Shown piece after piece: positions 17,166-25,933 of a stretch of DNA of 41,098 bases (position 1 is its first letter; the number at the start of each line of letters is the position of its first letter). The stretch lies in UHGV virus genome UHGV-0386433, one strand, 5' to 3'. A program made the translations under genes and the position numbers. The notes under the pieces are model-generated. The model ran no database searches and was not told where the DNA came from. It saw nothing but the letters and a program-made list of their open reading frames with translations. This stretch comes from a virus.

Positions 17166-17351
17166 ATGGTAAAAGACGGTTGGGTATATTGCCCCATATG
17201 TAACAACAAAACTCGCACAAAAATACGACCAGATACGGTAGCGAAAAACCTTCCAGTATTTTGTCCTGTATGCAAGAATACATCCTTGATGAATATTGCA
17301 AAAGGAATAGCAAGTGATGTGGAAAAAGGCAGTTTATTGCCTGCCACATAA
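17166..17351 (+). CDS. Cysteine-rich KTR zinc-ribbon protein (61 aa; CPICNNKTRTKI...CPVCKN).
   Basis: CxxC-KTR...CPxCK pattern typical of the Cys_rich_KTR family. The ORF lies 56 bp downstream of the second AAATGTGGGGACGATT copy. Confidence 0.55.
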   Translation: MVKDGWVYCPICNNKTRTKIRPDTVAKNLPVFCPVCKNTSLMNIAKGIASDVEKGSLLPAT

Positions 17352-17620
17352 TAATTAGAGCCAGTCGCCAGTCGCAGAGCCATGCAGATTACAGAAATGT
17401 AGTTTGTGTGGCTTTTACTTATATTTGACCTCCCTCCTATAGCACATGTCCTTAACAGAAACAGGTCCTATCGCCTAACGCAAACGGCCTGGAGGTTGAA
17501 AAGCGGATGCAATTTCCGGCATGTGCGTTTTAGGACACGCCAAGTCCTACAAAATGGCAAACCGTTGGTGGACGGTTACACACCTATAAATAACCTAATA
17601 ACGGAAAAGGAGAATCATCA

Positions 17621-18238
17621 ATGAAAACCGAAGAATTAAAAGCACAGGGATTGACAGAGGAACAGATATCTTTTGTCATGGCTGAAAATGGGAAAGACCT
17701 TAAAAAGTTGCAGAAGGAAAATGACAATCTGACTACTGACCGGGATACCTGGAAAGAAAAAGCAGAAGCAGCCGAAACAACACTGAAAGGCTTTGAAGGG
17801 GTTGACCTGGAGACAATGCAGAAAGAACTGTCTGACTGGAAACAGAAAGCTACAGAAGCCGAAAAGAGCGCCCAGGCACAGCTTTATGAACGTGATTTTG
17901 CAGATGCGCTTAAAACAGAATTTGAGGGTATTAAGTTTTCCAGCGAGGCGGCTAAACGTGCAATCATGGCAGAAGTAAAAGAGGCCGGATTAAAGCTGAA
18001 GGACGGTAAAATCTTGGGGCTGAATGACCTTATAGGCCAGATGAAAGAAAAGGATGCTTCGGCATTTGTTGATGATGCGCAGCAGCAAATACAGCAGAAC
18101 ATGGCAAGGTTTACTGCTCCTAAAAAATCGGGTAGTTCTGGCACCATGAATAAAGATGAGATTATGGCTATCAAGGACCGAAGTGAACGGCGCGCCGCAA
18201 TAGCTCAAAACATGCATTTATTTGAAGGAGAAAAATAA
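17621..18238 (+). CDS. Scaffolding protein.
   Basis: Acidic, highly alpha-helical/coiled-coil 205-aa protein immediately upstream of the major capsid gene. RBS AAAAGGAG. Confidence 0.7.
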   Translation: MKTEELKAQGLTEEQISFVMAENGKDLKKLQKENDNLTTDRDTWKEKAEAAETTLKGFEGVDLETMQKELSDWKQKATEAEKSAQAQLYERDFADALKTEFEGIKFSSEAAKRAIMAEVKEAGLKLKDGKILGLNDLIGQMKEKDASAFVDDAQQQIQQNMARFTAPKKSGSSGTMNKDEIMAIKDRSERRAAIAQNMHLFEGEK

Positions 18239-19107
18239 TGGCAGCAGAAGTAAATTTGATAAAAAAATCCGACTTGGCAAGAGTGCGCGAAGTTGAATTT
18301 ACTAATATGTTTGGTTACTCCATTAAAAAATTAATGGAAGCCCTGGGGGTAACAAGAAAGATTGCGAAACAGGCGGGTACTGTCCTTAAGTCTTATAAGG
18401 CAACCGGAACATTGGAAAGCGGAGAAGTACCAGAAGGAGACACCATCCCGCTATCGAAGTACAAGACAGAACCTGTCACATACAAAGAAATCACACTGCA
18501 CAAATGGAGGAAAGCAACATCTGCAGAGGCCATTATAGACCGAGGATATGACCAGGCAGTGGATATGACCACAGATGAAATGCTAAGAGATGTTCAGAAA
18601 GGAATCAGAAAAGATTTCTTTGATTTTTTGGCAACAGGCACAGGGACAGCAACCGGTGCTAGTTTTCAGGCAACACTTGCCCAGGCATGGGGGCAATTAC
18701 AGGTACTTTTTGAAGATGATGAAATCCAAGCTGTTTATTTTCTTAATCCATTGGATGTAGCCGATTATCTTGCATCTGCAAACATTACTTTGCAGACCGC
18801 ATTTGGTATGACATACGTAGAAAACTTCCTGGGTCTTGGGACTGTGATTTTTAACAGTTCTGTTCCGAAAGGGAAGATATACGCAACGGCGGCTGACAAC
18901 ATTGTATTGTATTATATCCCAGTAAATGGTGCTGATTTAAACGAAGCATTTTCGTTCACTTCTGACGAAACTGGATATATTGGAATTCATGAAGAGGCGG
19001 ATTATACCAATATGACTGCATCAGATACAGTTGTGTCTGGAATTGAACTTTTTGCAGAGCGAATTGACGGAATCGTGGTTGGAAGTATCGGCGCGGGGGG
19101 AGCGTAG
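18238..19107 (+). CDS. Major capsid protein.
   Basis: 289 aa, coupled to the scaffold gene (ATG overlaps TAA), in the expected position. Confidence 0.75.
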   Translation: MAAEVNLIKKSDLARVREVEFTNMFGYSIKKLMEALGVTRKIAKQAGTVLKSYKATGTLESGEVPEGDTIPLSKYKTEPVTYKEITLHKWRKATSAEAIIDRGYDQAVDMTTDEMLRDVQKGIRKDFFDFLATGTGTATGASFQATLAQAWGQLQVLFEDDEIQAVYFLNPLDVADYLASANITLQTAFGMTYVENFLGLGTVIFNSSVPKGKIYATAADNIVLYYIPVNGADLNEAFSFTSDETGYIGIHEEADYTNMTASDTVVSGIELFAERIDGIVVGSIGAGGA

Positions 19108-19190
19108 CCGCCAGCACTTTATCCCTGGATACTGACGGCGAAGAACTGACAGGGAGCAAGAAAACACAAAGTAAGTAAGGAGAAACCGGA

Positions 19191-19688
19191 ATGGCATATG
19201 CAGATTATGAGTTTTACAAAACAAAATACTACGGTAATGTCATACCGGATTCCCAATCATTTGATAAACAAGCAGAACGGGCAAGCGACTTTCTTGACAT
19301 TATAACATTTGACAGATTGGTTGACGGCCTCCCAGACAATGAACGAGCGCAGACCAAAATTAAGAAAGCCGTATGCGTCTTAGCTGATAAGCTGTATGGT
19401 TTGGAACTGGCAGAGAAACAGGCGCTATCTGCCGCCACTGGAAGCATAACCAGCGGGACCGGCGGCGCAACCGCAGGCGTTATCACGTCAAAGTCATCCG
19501 GTTCCGAATCAATCAGCTATGCATCCCCTTCTGAAATAGCCAATGGAGCTAAAGCCTGGAGTAATATATACTCGGTGGTGGGGGATGAACAGGAAACAAA
19601 TAAGCTCCTGTATAATACTGCAAAAGTGTATCTGATGGGAGTAAGAGATAATAGTGGCGTTCCATTACTGTACGCCGGAATGGGGTAA
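19191..19688 (+). CDS. Putative head-tail connector/adaptor protein.
   Basis: Position after the capsid gene. RBS AAGGAG. Confidence 0.4.
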   Translation: MAYADYEFYKTKYYGNVIPDSQSFDKQAERASDFLDIITFDRLVDGLPDNERAQTKIKKAVCVLADKLYGLELAEKQALSAATGSITSGTGGATAGVITSKSSGSESISYASPSEIANGAKAWSNIYSVVGDEQETNKLLYNTAKVYLMGVRDNSGVPLLYAGMG

Positions 19689-19690
19689 AT

Positions 19691-19954
19691 ATGGACATTA
19701 CAACGTTGGGAACATGTGTGGCTATTGTGGCCCTGAGCTATGTGGTCGGCCTTGGATGCAAGGCAGCAAAGAAGATACCGGACGAATGGATTCCGGTCAT
19801 TATGGCTGTTGTGGGTGGCGTTCTGGGCGCGCTTGGTATGGGAACAATCCCAGACTTCCCAGCATCGGATTATATCACAGCTGTGGCAGTCGGTGCTGTG
19901 TCTGGCCTGGCGGCTACAGGAGTTAACCAGATGTATAAACAGATGAATAAATAA
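19691..19954 (+). CDS. Holin-like small membrane protein (87 aa, three predicted TM helices, Lys-rich C-terminus).
   Basis: Hydrophobic segments LGTCVAIVALSYVVGLGC, IPVIMAVVGGVLGALGMG and YITAVAVGAVSGLAATGV, then NQMYKQMNK. Confidence 0.45.
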   Translation: MDITTLGTCVAIVALSYVVGLGCKAAKKIPDEWIPVIMAVVGGVLGALGMGTIPDFPASDYITAVAVGAVSGLAATGVNQMYKQMNK

Positions 19955-19969
19955 CGGAGGGGATACCTT

Positions 19970-20437
19970 ATGTACAATGCCACGGTGACAGTTTTTAATT
20001 ACTACGAATCATCCACAACTGGCGTTGGTATTTGGTATCCCCATGTATTATCAGGCGTTGACCTTAATACCGACAAAGGCGCAATTCTAAAAAAGTATGG
20101 GCCAGAGAGCACGGATAATGCAGAGTTACATATAGTCTACGAGTTACAAGATGGTAAACAGATAATCCGTGATGCTGATGGCAAAGTATTACCCTGGCTT
20201 CCTCCGAAGGAGTGGAGGAAACAGGTAAATGATTTATTGGACGATACCATCACCTTTGATTTTTTGGACGATTGTTTTTTCTGGGAAGGAGTATGGAACA
20301 ACGGTCCAGTAAACGATGAAGATTATCGTGACGGGTTTTATGCTTATATGAATAATCAGTATGACTTTGTATATTTGGTATCTTCTGTTGGTGGTCCATA
20401 CTCTGTAATTCCTCACTTTGAAATATTAGGTAAGTAG
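19970..20437 (+). CDS. Hypothetical head-tail joining-region protein.
   Basis: ORF with RBS GGAGGGG. Confidence 0.45.
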   Translation: MYNATVTVFNYYESSTTGVGIWYPHVLSGVDLNTDKGAILKKYGPESTDNAELHIVYELQDGKQIIRDADGKVLPWLPPKEWRKQVNDLLDDTITFDFLDDCFFWEGVWNNGPVNDEDYRDGFYAYMNNQYDFVYLVSSVGGPYSVIPHFEILGK

Positions 20438-20438
20438 T

Positions 20439-20930
20439 ATGGCAAGTAAAATAACACATTTTAAAGGATTCTCCGTTGTTGATGGTGATATCAAAATCAA
20501 ACTTGATTTGACCCGGTTTAATAAACAATTCCAGCACGCGCAGTATCAACTTGACGGAAATGTCATGAATAGTATGGTCACTTTTATGCCGATGGTCACA
20601 GGCAATTTTGTGGATGTTACCAGAGCAGCTAGCGCTGCAGTACAAGGGAGTGGAAAAGCATATGCCGCCTATGGCCCTGCTGGTCGTTTCTTATACAAGG
20701 GTAAAACTATGGTCAGTACTGTTACTGGTAGTACCTGGGCTACAAAGGGGACTAAAAAGGTATTAGTAAGCCAATATGGAGGAAAAACAAAAGCAAAAGA
20801 GGATTTGAAATATACAAAAACAGCGCATCCAAAAGCACAGGCTATATGGTTTGATGCAGCCAAAAAAGCAGATGGTAAATCATGGATAAAGCAAGCTAAG
20901 AAAACGGCTGGAGGTGGAATGCGTGGATGA
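20439..20930 (+). CDS. Putative minor capsid/head-tail joining protein.
   Basis: Position in the module. Lys-rich C-terminus. Confidence 0.35.
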   Translation: MASKITHFKGFSVVDGDIKIKLDLTRFNKQFQHAQYQLDGNVMNSMVTFMPMVTGNFVDVTRAASAAVQGSGKAYAAYGPAGRFLYKGKTMVSTVTGSTWATKGTKKVLVSQYGGKTKAKEDLKYTKTAHPKAQAIWFDAAKKADGKSWIKQAKKTAGGGMRG

Positions 20931-21429
20931 TGAACGTAAACCAATAGGCAAAGACGCAAGCGGATATGATGTATTAACGACTGCTGTAAAGGCTTTGCTT
21001 AATCAATTCCCAGGCTTGTACGAAAATGAAACCGTCAAGTTTGAAGAATTGGGTGAGGATAGTGGAATTGCATTTTCAGCAGATAACGGAGCTTTGATAT
21101 TTTCAGAAACCGAGGATGTGCTTGGTGGAGTACACCAGACCTGTCAATATCCCTTCTATATTATATACCGCACATCCTCTACAAGAGAACGCCAAAAAAT
21201 GAGCATACAGGAATTTCTTGATACATTCGGAAAATGGTTATGCCGGGAACCGATTGTGATTGATGGGGAAGAGCAACGATTATCAAAATACCCCGCATTA
21301 TCCCAGGGAAGGAAGATAACCAAAGTTACCCGTGATAACTCATATGGGCTGGAACCGCAGGAAAATGGTGTGCAGGACTGGATACTTCCGGTATCAATAG
21401 AATATAAATACGATTTTGAAAGATGGTAG
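20914..21429 (+). CDS. Hypothetical head-tail joining-region protein.
   Basis: GTG start after GGCTGGAGG. Overlaps the upstream gene. Confidence 0.4.
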   Translation: MECVDDERKPIGKDASGYDVLTTAVKALLNQFPGLYENETVKFEELGEDSGIAFSADNGALIFSETEDVLGGVHQTCQYPFYIIYRTSSTRERQKMSIQEFLDTFGKWLCREPIVIDGEEQRLSKYPALSQGRKITKVTRDNSYGLEPQENGVQDWILPVSIEYKYDFERW

Positions 21430-21447
21430 AGCCAGACGCTAAGACGC

Positions 21448-21478
21448 AGAGCCTTATGTGAGGCTCTATTTTTGTTTG
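21448..21478 (+). terminator. Rho-independent terminator: AGAGCCT-tatgtg-AGGCTCT followed by ATTTTTGTTTG.
   Basis: Perfect 7-bp stem, 6-nt loop and U-tract. Lies between the neck genes and the major tail gene. Confidence 0.6.
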
Positions 21479-21493
21479 AAAGGAGAAAAAACA

Positions 21494-22030
21494 GTGGCAA
21501 CGTGGACTTATGCCGATGGAGAGGCAAAAAGAAAAGACTTTATGGTCTTTTGGATAACCGATGGAAGCACCACAAATATTGCAAAAGATAAGCTTGAAAT
21601 TATTGGAAAGGGCGTAGAGGATATGCCCATATCCATGAATCCTGAGACAGAAGAAAGCCAGGATGTACTTGGTAATAACAATTATGACATTACAGGATAT
21701 GCAGAAAGTATGACGGTTGACCCAACCAATGTATCGGGCGAAAGTAAATACGCTCAGAAAATAGATACACTTATGGAGGAAAGGGCAACCCTGTCAGATT
21801 TGCGCTTGAAATATCTCTGTGTAAAGCGATACAAAACCGACACTACAGGAAAGATGCGCGCATGGGTGCAGGAGGGTGTTGTTGAATTGGGAGACTTTGC
21901 AGGCGGACTGAAAGGCGTTTCCGCAGCGCATACAGTGCATTATGTAGGAGATAGGACTCTTGGCGCTGTAGACCCCTCGACAATGGCTTTTACCGCAGAT
22001 GAATCAAGCCCTGCGTCGTTATCTGAATAA
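21494..22030 (+). CDS. Major tail protein (putative).
   Basis: 178 aa, upstream of the chaperone pair and tape measure. RBS AAAGGAG 8 nt before GTG 21494. Confidence 0.55.
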   Translation: MATWTYADGEAKRKDFMVFWITDGSTTNIAKDKLEIIGKGVEDMPISMNPETEESQDVLGNNNYDITGYAESMTVDPTNVSGESKYAQKIDTLMEERATLSDLRLKYLCVKRYKTDTTGKMRAWVQEGVVELGDFAGGLKGVSAAHTVHYVGDRTLGAVDPSTMAFTADESSPASLSE

Positions 22031-22042
22031 GGAGATTAAAAC

Positions 22043-22513
22043 ATGCCTAATATTCCAATAAATATTGAAAGTCCTGTTAAATATTATGATTTCACGGACC
22101 AGCATGGTGATGTGCTGGCAACACTGAAATTTGTTCCTACAGACCTGGATATTTTTAATCGACAACAAGCCACATATAAGGCTTTTGAAGATATGTGGCT
22201 TGAATTAAAAGGTATACAGGATAGAAAAGATGAAGAAAAAATGTCCTTGGATATCATAGATAAATACGCAAAACTACTCGAGGAAAAGTTTGATTATCTG
22301 TTTAACGCAGACACTTCTGGTTTTTTCAAAATTGCCAGTCCATTTACCCCTATGGAAGATGGAACCCCCTGGGCGCTGGTAATCTTGGAGAATGTTAAGA
22401 AAATCATTGAGCAGGAAACCGGAAAGAATCTTAAGGAAATGGAGAGCAAGGCCGGAAAATACACACAGCAGTATAATTCTGGTCATGGAAAATATCCGTT
22501 TCCGGTGAAATGA
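22043..22513 (+). CDS. Tail assembly chaperone (gpG-like).
   Basis: Position immediately upstream of the TMP. Overlapping partner ORF in the -1 frame. Confidence 0.6.
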   Translation: MPNIPINIESPVKYYDFTDQHGDVLATLKFVPTDLDIFNRQQATYKAFEDMWLELKGIQDRKDEEKMSLDIIDKYAKLLEEKFDYLFNADTSGFFKIASPFTPMEDGTPWALVILENVKKIIEQETGKNLKEMESKAGKYTQQYNSGHGKYPFPVK

Positions 22514-23067
22514 GTGCGGCATGGAACCTGCCCTTATTCCTTTGTGTAGATGGGATAAACTATGAAATCCGTGAGGATTTCCGAGCCATATTGGATATCT
22601 TGTCAGCGTTTTCTGATGATGAATTATCCGATGAGGAAAAAACTCAGTCAATGATTGAAATCCTTTACTGGCCTGTTATCCCACCTCCACAGAACTTGAT
22701 AGAAGCTGCTGAAAAAGCATTGTGGTTTATTGATTGTGGAGTTGCTCATGAGGATACACCATCACCACGTGTAATTGATTGGGAACAGGACGCAGGAATT
22801 ATATTTCCGGCTATTAATAGGATTGCAGGGTTTGAGACACGCGGATTCCAAATAATACATTGGTGGACTTTTTACGGATGGTTCATGGAAATTGGGGATG
22901 GATTATTTTCTCAGGTCCTTTCTATCCGTCAGAAACTGTCAAAAGGGAAGCGCTTAGAAAAGTGGGAGCAGGAGTTTTTGCAGAACAATAAAAAGTTATG
23001 TGAACTTGAAAAATCCACTGACAAATCTAAAGAAGAATTTTATTATTTTGCAGAGTTGCTAAAGTGA
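22510..23067 (+). CDS. Tail assembly chaperone (Gp15/gpT-like).
   Basis: The -1 frame ORF is open from 22477. Its start overlaps the upstream stop. Phage Gp15-like sequence. Confidence 0.6.
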   Translation: MSAAWNLPLFLCVDGINYEIREDFRAILDILSAFSDDELSDEEKTQSMIEILYWPVIPPPQNLIEAAEKALWFIDCGVAHEDTPSPRVIDWEQDAGIIFPAINRIAGFETRGFQIIHWWTFYGWFMEIGDGLFSQVLSIRQKLSKGKRLEKWEQEFLQNNKKLCELEKSTDKSKEEFYYFAELLK

Positions 23068-23068
23068 G

Positions 23069-25522
23069 GTGATATTTTTGCAACCTGATGGAACTGTATT
23101 AATAGATACTAAAATCAATACGGATGGTGCAAAAACAGGCAGCGAAGATATCAAAAGGACACTATCTGGCACAATGGATTATATAAAATTGCTACCTCAG
23201 GCCTTTAAGGATATTCCGGGCATTATGAAACATACATTTTCATCTGCTTCTAAATCCATACAAAGTCTTTCTCCAAGTGTACGAAATTTACAAGACGAAG
23301 TGGACCGGTATAAGGACGCATTGTATTATGCAGAAAAGGCTGGTTATGGACTTGGAGATGCGCCATATGACAAGGCATTAGCAGGATTGCAGAGGGCCAA
23401 AAAGGCAATGCAGGATTATAAGAAAAAGTTGCTCGGTGTTGATAATGAGCAACAGAAAGCAAGCAAAAGCGGAAGTAAGCTCAATAAATCTTTAAAAGGT
23501 ACTGAGAAAGCATCCCGCGGTGCACGAATGGGGTTGGGCCGAATGCTTGCAACATCTATCTTATTTAGCACTGTATTCCGCTCCATTTCCGCAGTAACAA
23601 GCGGATTAAAAGAAGGTATGGATAATCTGGCCCAGTATTCGGATGATACCAATAAGGCGTTATCCATGCTGATGTCCGGTATGACTCAGCTTAAAAACTC
23701 TTTCGCCACAGCCTTTTCCCCGTTGGTTGAGTATGCAGCTCCGGCCCTGACGCAGTTTATCAATTTACTATCCCAGGCCGTCACCTGGACGGCGCAACTG
23801 CTGGCGGCATTAACTGGCAAGGATACATTTGTTAAAGCGGTTAAGGTCCAGCAGGATTATGCGGACAGTCTGGACAAGACAAAAGATGAAACAAAAGATG
23901 CAGCCAAAGAAACAGAAAAGGCTATAGCACCGTTTGATAAGCTGATACAGATAACAACCGGAAAGAAAAAGAAGGAAGATAAAAACGAACTTAAGCCAGA
24001 GGATATGTTTACCACGGAGGAAGTATCCAATGATATTAAGTTACAGGCAGAGGCTATAAAGGATACACTTGGTAAACTGTTCGACCCGCTTAAGGAATCA
24101 TGGCTTGAAAATGGTCCGCAGGTAATGAGTTCATTGCAAAATACATTTTCTGCCATAAAACAGCTTGCAAGTGATGTGGGAGCATCATTTATGCAAGTAT
24201 GGAATGTAGAGGGATACGGGAAACGAATTACAGATGATTTGCTGATTACATTTGCTAACCTTTCAGATACGGTGGGGAATTTGGTCAGGAATTTTGACAC
24301 TGCCTGGAAATCAGGAGATATCGGAACAAACATAATGAGGCACCTGGGAGATATCATACTGGAGATTACTGGGTTTTTCCGGGAGGCTTCGGAAAGCTTG
24401 AAGGAGTGGTCAGCAGATTTGGATTTTACTCCATTACTGGAAAGCTTTGACCGCGTGTTAGTAGCCATACGTCCAATCGTTTCTGATGTTGGTGATTTAC
24501 TATTGTGGTTCCTCAATAGTATATTACTTCCAATTGCAAAATGGGGAGCCGAACAGGCACTTCCAACAGTATTCGATTTAATATCTGCAGCTTTAAAAAC
24601 GATACATAGTGTTATCGATGCACTTAAACCTCTTGGTGTGTGGTTATGGGAAAGCTTTTTACAACCATTAGGAAAGTGGACTGGAAAGATTATCATATCT
24701 GCATTAGAGAAAATTGTGGAATGGCTTACCAAATTTTCTGATTGGATTGATAAGCATCAAACGGAAGTAGAGAATATAACTTTGTCGGTACTGGCTTTCT
24801 TTGCTGCGTGGAAAGTAACCGAATTTGTAAGTGGGATTGCACAATTAATAAGCAAATTTGGTGGATTTATTCAAATATCTGAAACTGTCATTGGTGTACT
24901 TAGTCGTCTGGATTTAAAGTTTGGAGCAATAGTTTTAGTCGTAGGCTCTATAATTTATTTGGCATCACAAGTTGCCAAAGCATGGGATAAAATGACTCCT
25001 GAGGAAAAATTGGCAACTAAAATCATTGCAGTTGCTGGGGCTATTGCTTTGGTTGTTGCAGCAGTTGCAGCTGGACTTCATGATTTTTCCACAATGGCAA
25101 TAGCGGGAAGTATTGCTGCAATAGCAGGAATTTCTATAGCTGGAATAGCATCAGGAGCAAATAGTAGAGGAACGTCTTATTCGAGATATTCAAGCTCAGG
25201 AAGATATCCAATGTCTGCTTATGCGGCAGTTCCATATAGAATGCCAATGCTTGCAACCGGTACAGTAGTACCACCGCGAGCCGGAATGTTTGCTGCTATC
25301 TTGGGAGATAACACAAAGGAGCCGGAAATAGTATCCCCATTATCAACCATGAAGCAAGCACTTAAGGAAGCTTTGGCAGAAAGCAATATGTCAAGCGGAA
25401 ACCAGATTGCTAAAGCGGAGCTAATACTTGATGGCACAAAATTTGGTCAGCTTGTAGTCAAGTTTGGTAACAATGAAAAGAACCGTGTGGGCGTAAGAAT
25501 GGTCACGGAGGGCAGCGTATAA
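23069..25522 (+). CDS. Tail tape measure protein (817 aa).
   Basis: Size, coiled-coil-rich sequence and C-terminal hydrophobic segments. GTG start after AAAGTGAGG. Confidence 0.85.
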   Translation: MIFLQPDGTVLIDTKINTDGAKTGSEDIKRTLSGTMDYIKLLPQAFKDIPGIMKHTFSSASKSIQSLSPSVRNLQDEVDRYKDALYYAEKAGYGLGDAPYDKALAGLQRAKKAMQDYKKKLLGVDNEQQKASKSGSKLNKSLKGTEKASRGARMGLGRMLATSILFSTVFRSISAVTSGLKEGMDNLAQYSDDTNKALSMLMSGMTQLKNSFATAFSPLVEYAAPALTQFINLLSQAVTWTAQLLAALTGKDTFVKAVKVQQDYADSLDKTKDETKDAAKETEKAIAPFDKLIQITTGKKKKEDKNELKPEDMFTTEEVSNDIKLQAEAIKDTLGKLFDPLKESWLENGPQVMSSLQNTFSAIKQLASDVGASFMQVWNVEGYGKRITDDLLITFANLSDTVGNLVRNFDTAWKSGDIGTNIMRHLGDIILEITGFFREASESLKEWSADLDFTPLLESFDRVLVAIRPIVSDVGDLLLWFLNSILLPIAKWGAEQALPTVFDLISAALKTIHSVIDALKPLGVWLWESFLQPLGKWTGKIIISALEKIVEWLTKFSDWIDKHQTEVENITLSVLAFFAAWKVTEFVSGIAQLISKFGGFIQISETVIGVLSRLDLKFGAIVLVVGSIIYLASQVAKAWDKMTPEEKLATKIIAVAGAIALVVAAVAAGLHDFSTMAIAGSIAAIAGISIAGIASGANSRGTSYSRYSSSGRYPMSAYAAVPYRMPMLATGTVVPPRAGMFAAILGDNTKEPEIVSPLSTMKQALKEALAESNMSSGNQIAKAELILDGTKFGQLVVKFGNNEKNRVGVRMVTEGSV

Positions 25523-25932
25523 TGGCACAGAATGGGAACGGAGTATTTACCATAGACGGAGTTAATCTCCGCCTATGGGTAAAATCCTTAAAACGGAATT
25601 TTTCAGTCACAGATAGTGAAAATTCTGGACGTTTGCAGTCTTACCGGATGCACCGTGATATCATTGGTACATTTTACAATTATACGCTTGATATTGATGC
25701 GGAAAGAAGTAATCCGGCTGACTATGATACGTTTTACGAAATCATATCTGCTCCGGTTGAGTCTCACTATATGGTATTTCCCTACGGACAGGAAACCAAA
25801 GAGTTTGAATCATACATAACAAGCGGGGATGATGAAATAAAAATCAGCAAGAATGGAAAAGAAGGGCAGCGTAACCATTGGACCGGGTTATCTATTACCT
25901 TTACCGCTATGGAGCCGCAGAGGAGGCCGTGA
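25522..25932 (+). CDS. Distal-tail-protein-like small tail protein.
   Basis: Position directly after the TMP, with ATG overlapping the TMP stop. Confidence 0.4.
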   Translation: MAQNGNGVFTIDGVNLRLWVKSLKRNFSVTDSENSGRLQSYRMHRDIIGTFYNYTLDIDAERSNPADYDTFYEIISAPVESHYMVFPYGQETKEFESYITSGDDEIKISKNGKEGQRNHWTGLSITFTAMEPQRRP

Positions 25933-25933
25933 T

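Noticed and set aside
16639-17349. 236-aa - strand ORF spanning 16639-17349
   Set aside because: Antisense to two well-supported + strand genes. Cys/His/Leu-rich non-protein-like composition.
19654-19946. Overlapping alternate-frame ORFs (19654-19926, 19740-19946) over the holin-like gene
   Set aside because: Trp/Arg/Cys-rich frames lacking RBS. The 19691 frame gives a coherent membrane protein.
23857-24732. 291-aa - strand ORF inside the tape-measure gene
   Set aside because: Antisense shadow of a long + strand gene. Ser/Phe/Cys-rich composition, no RBS. The + strand TMP is strongly supported.
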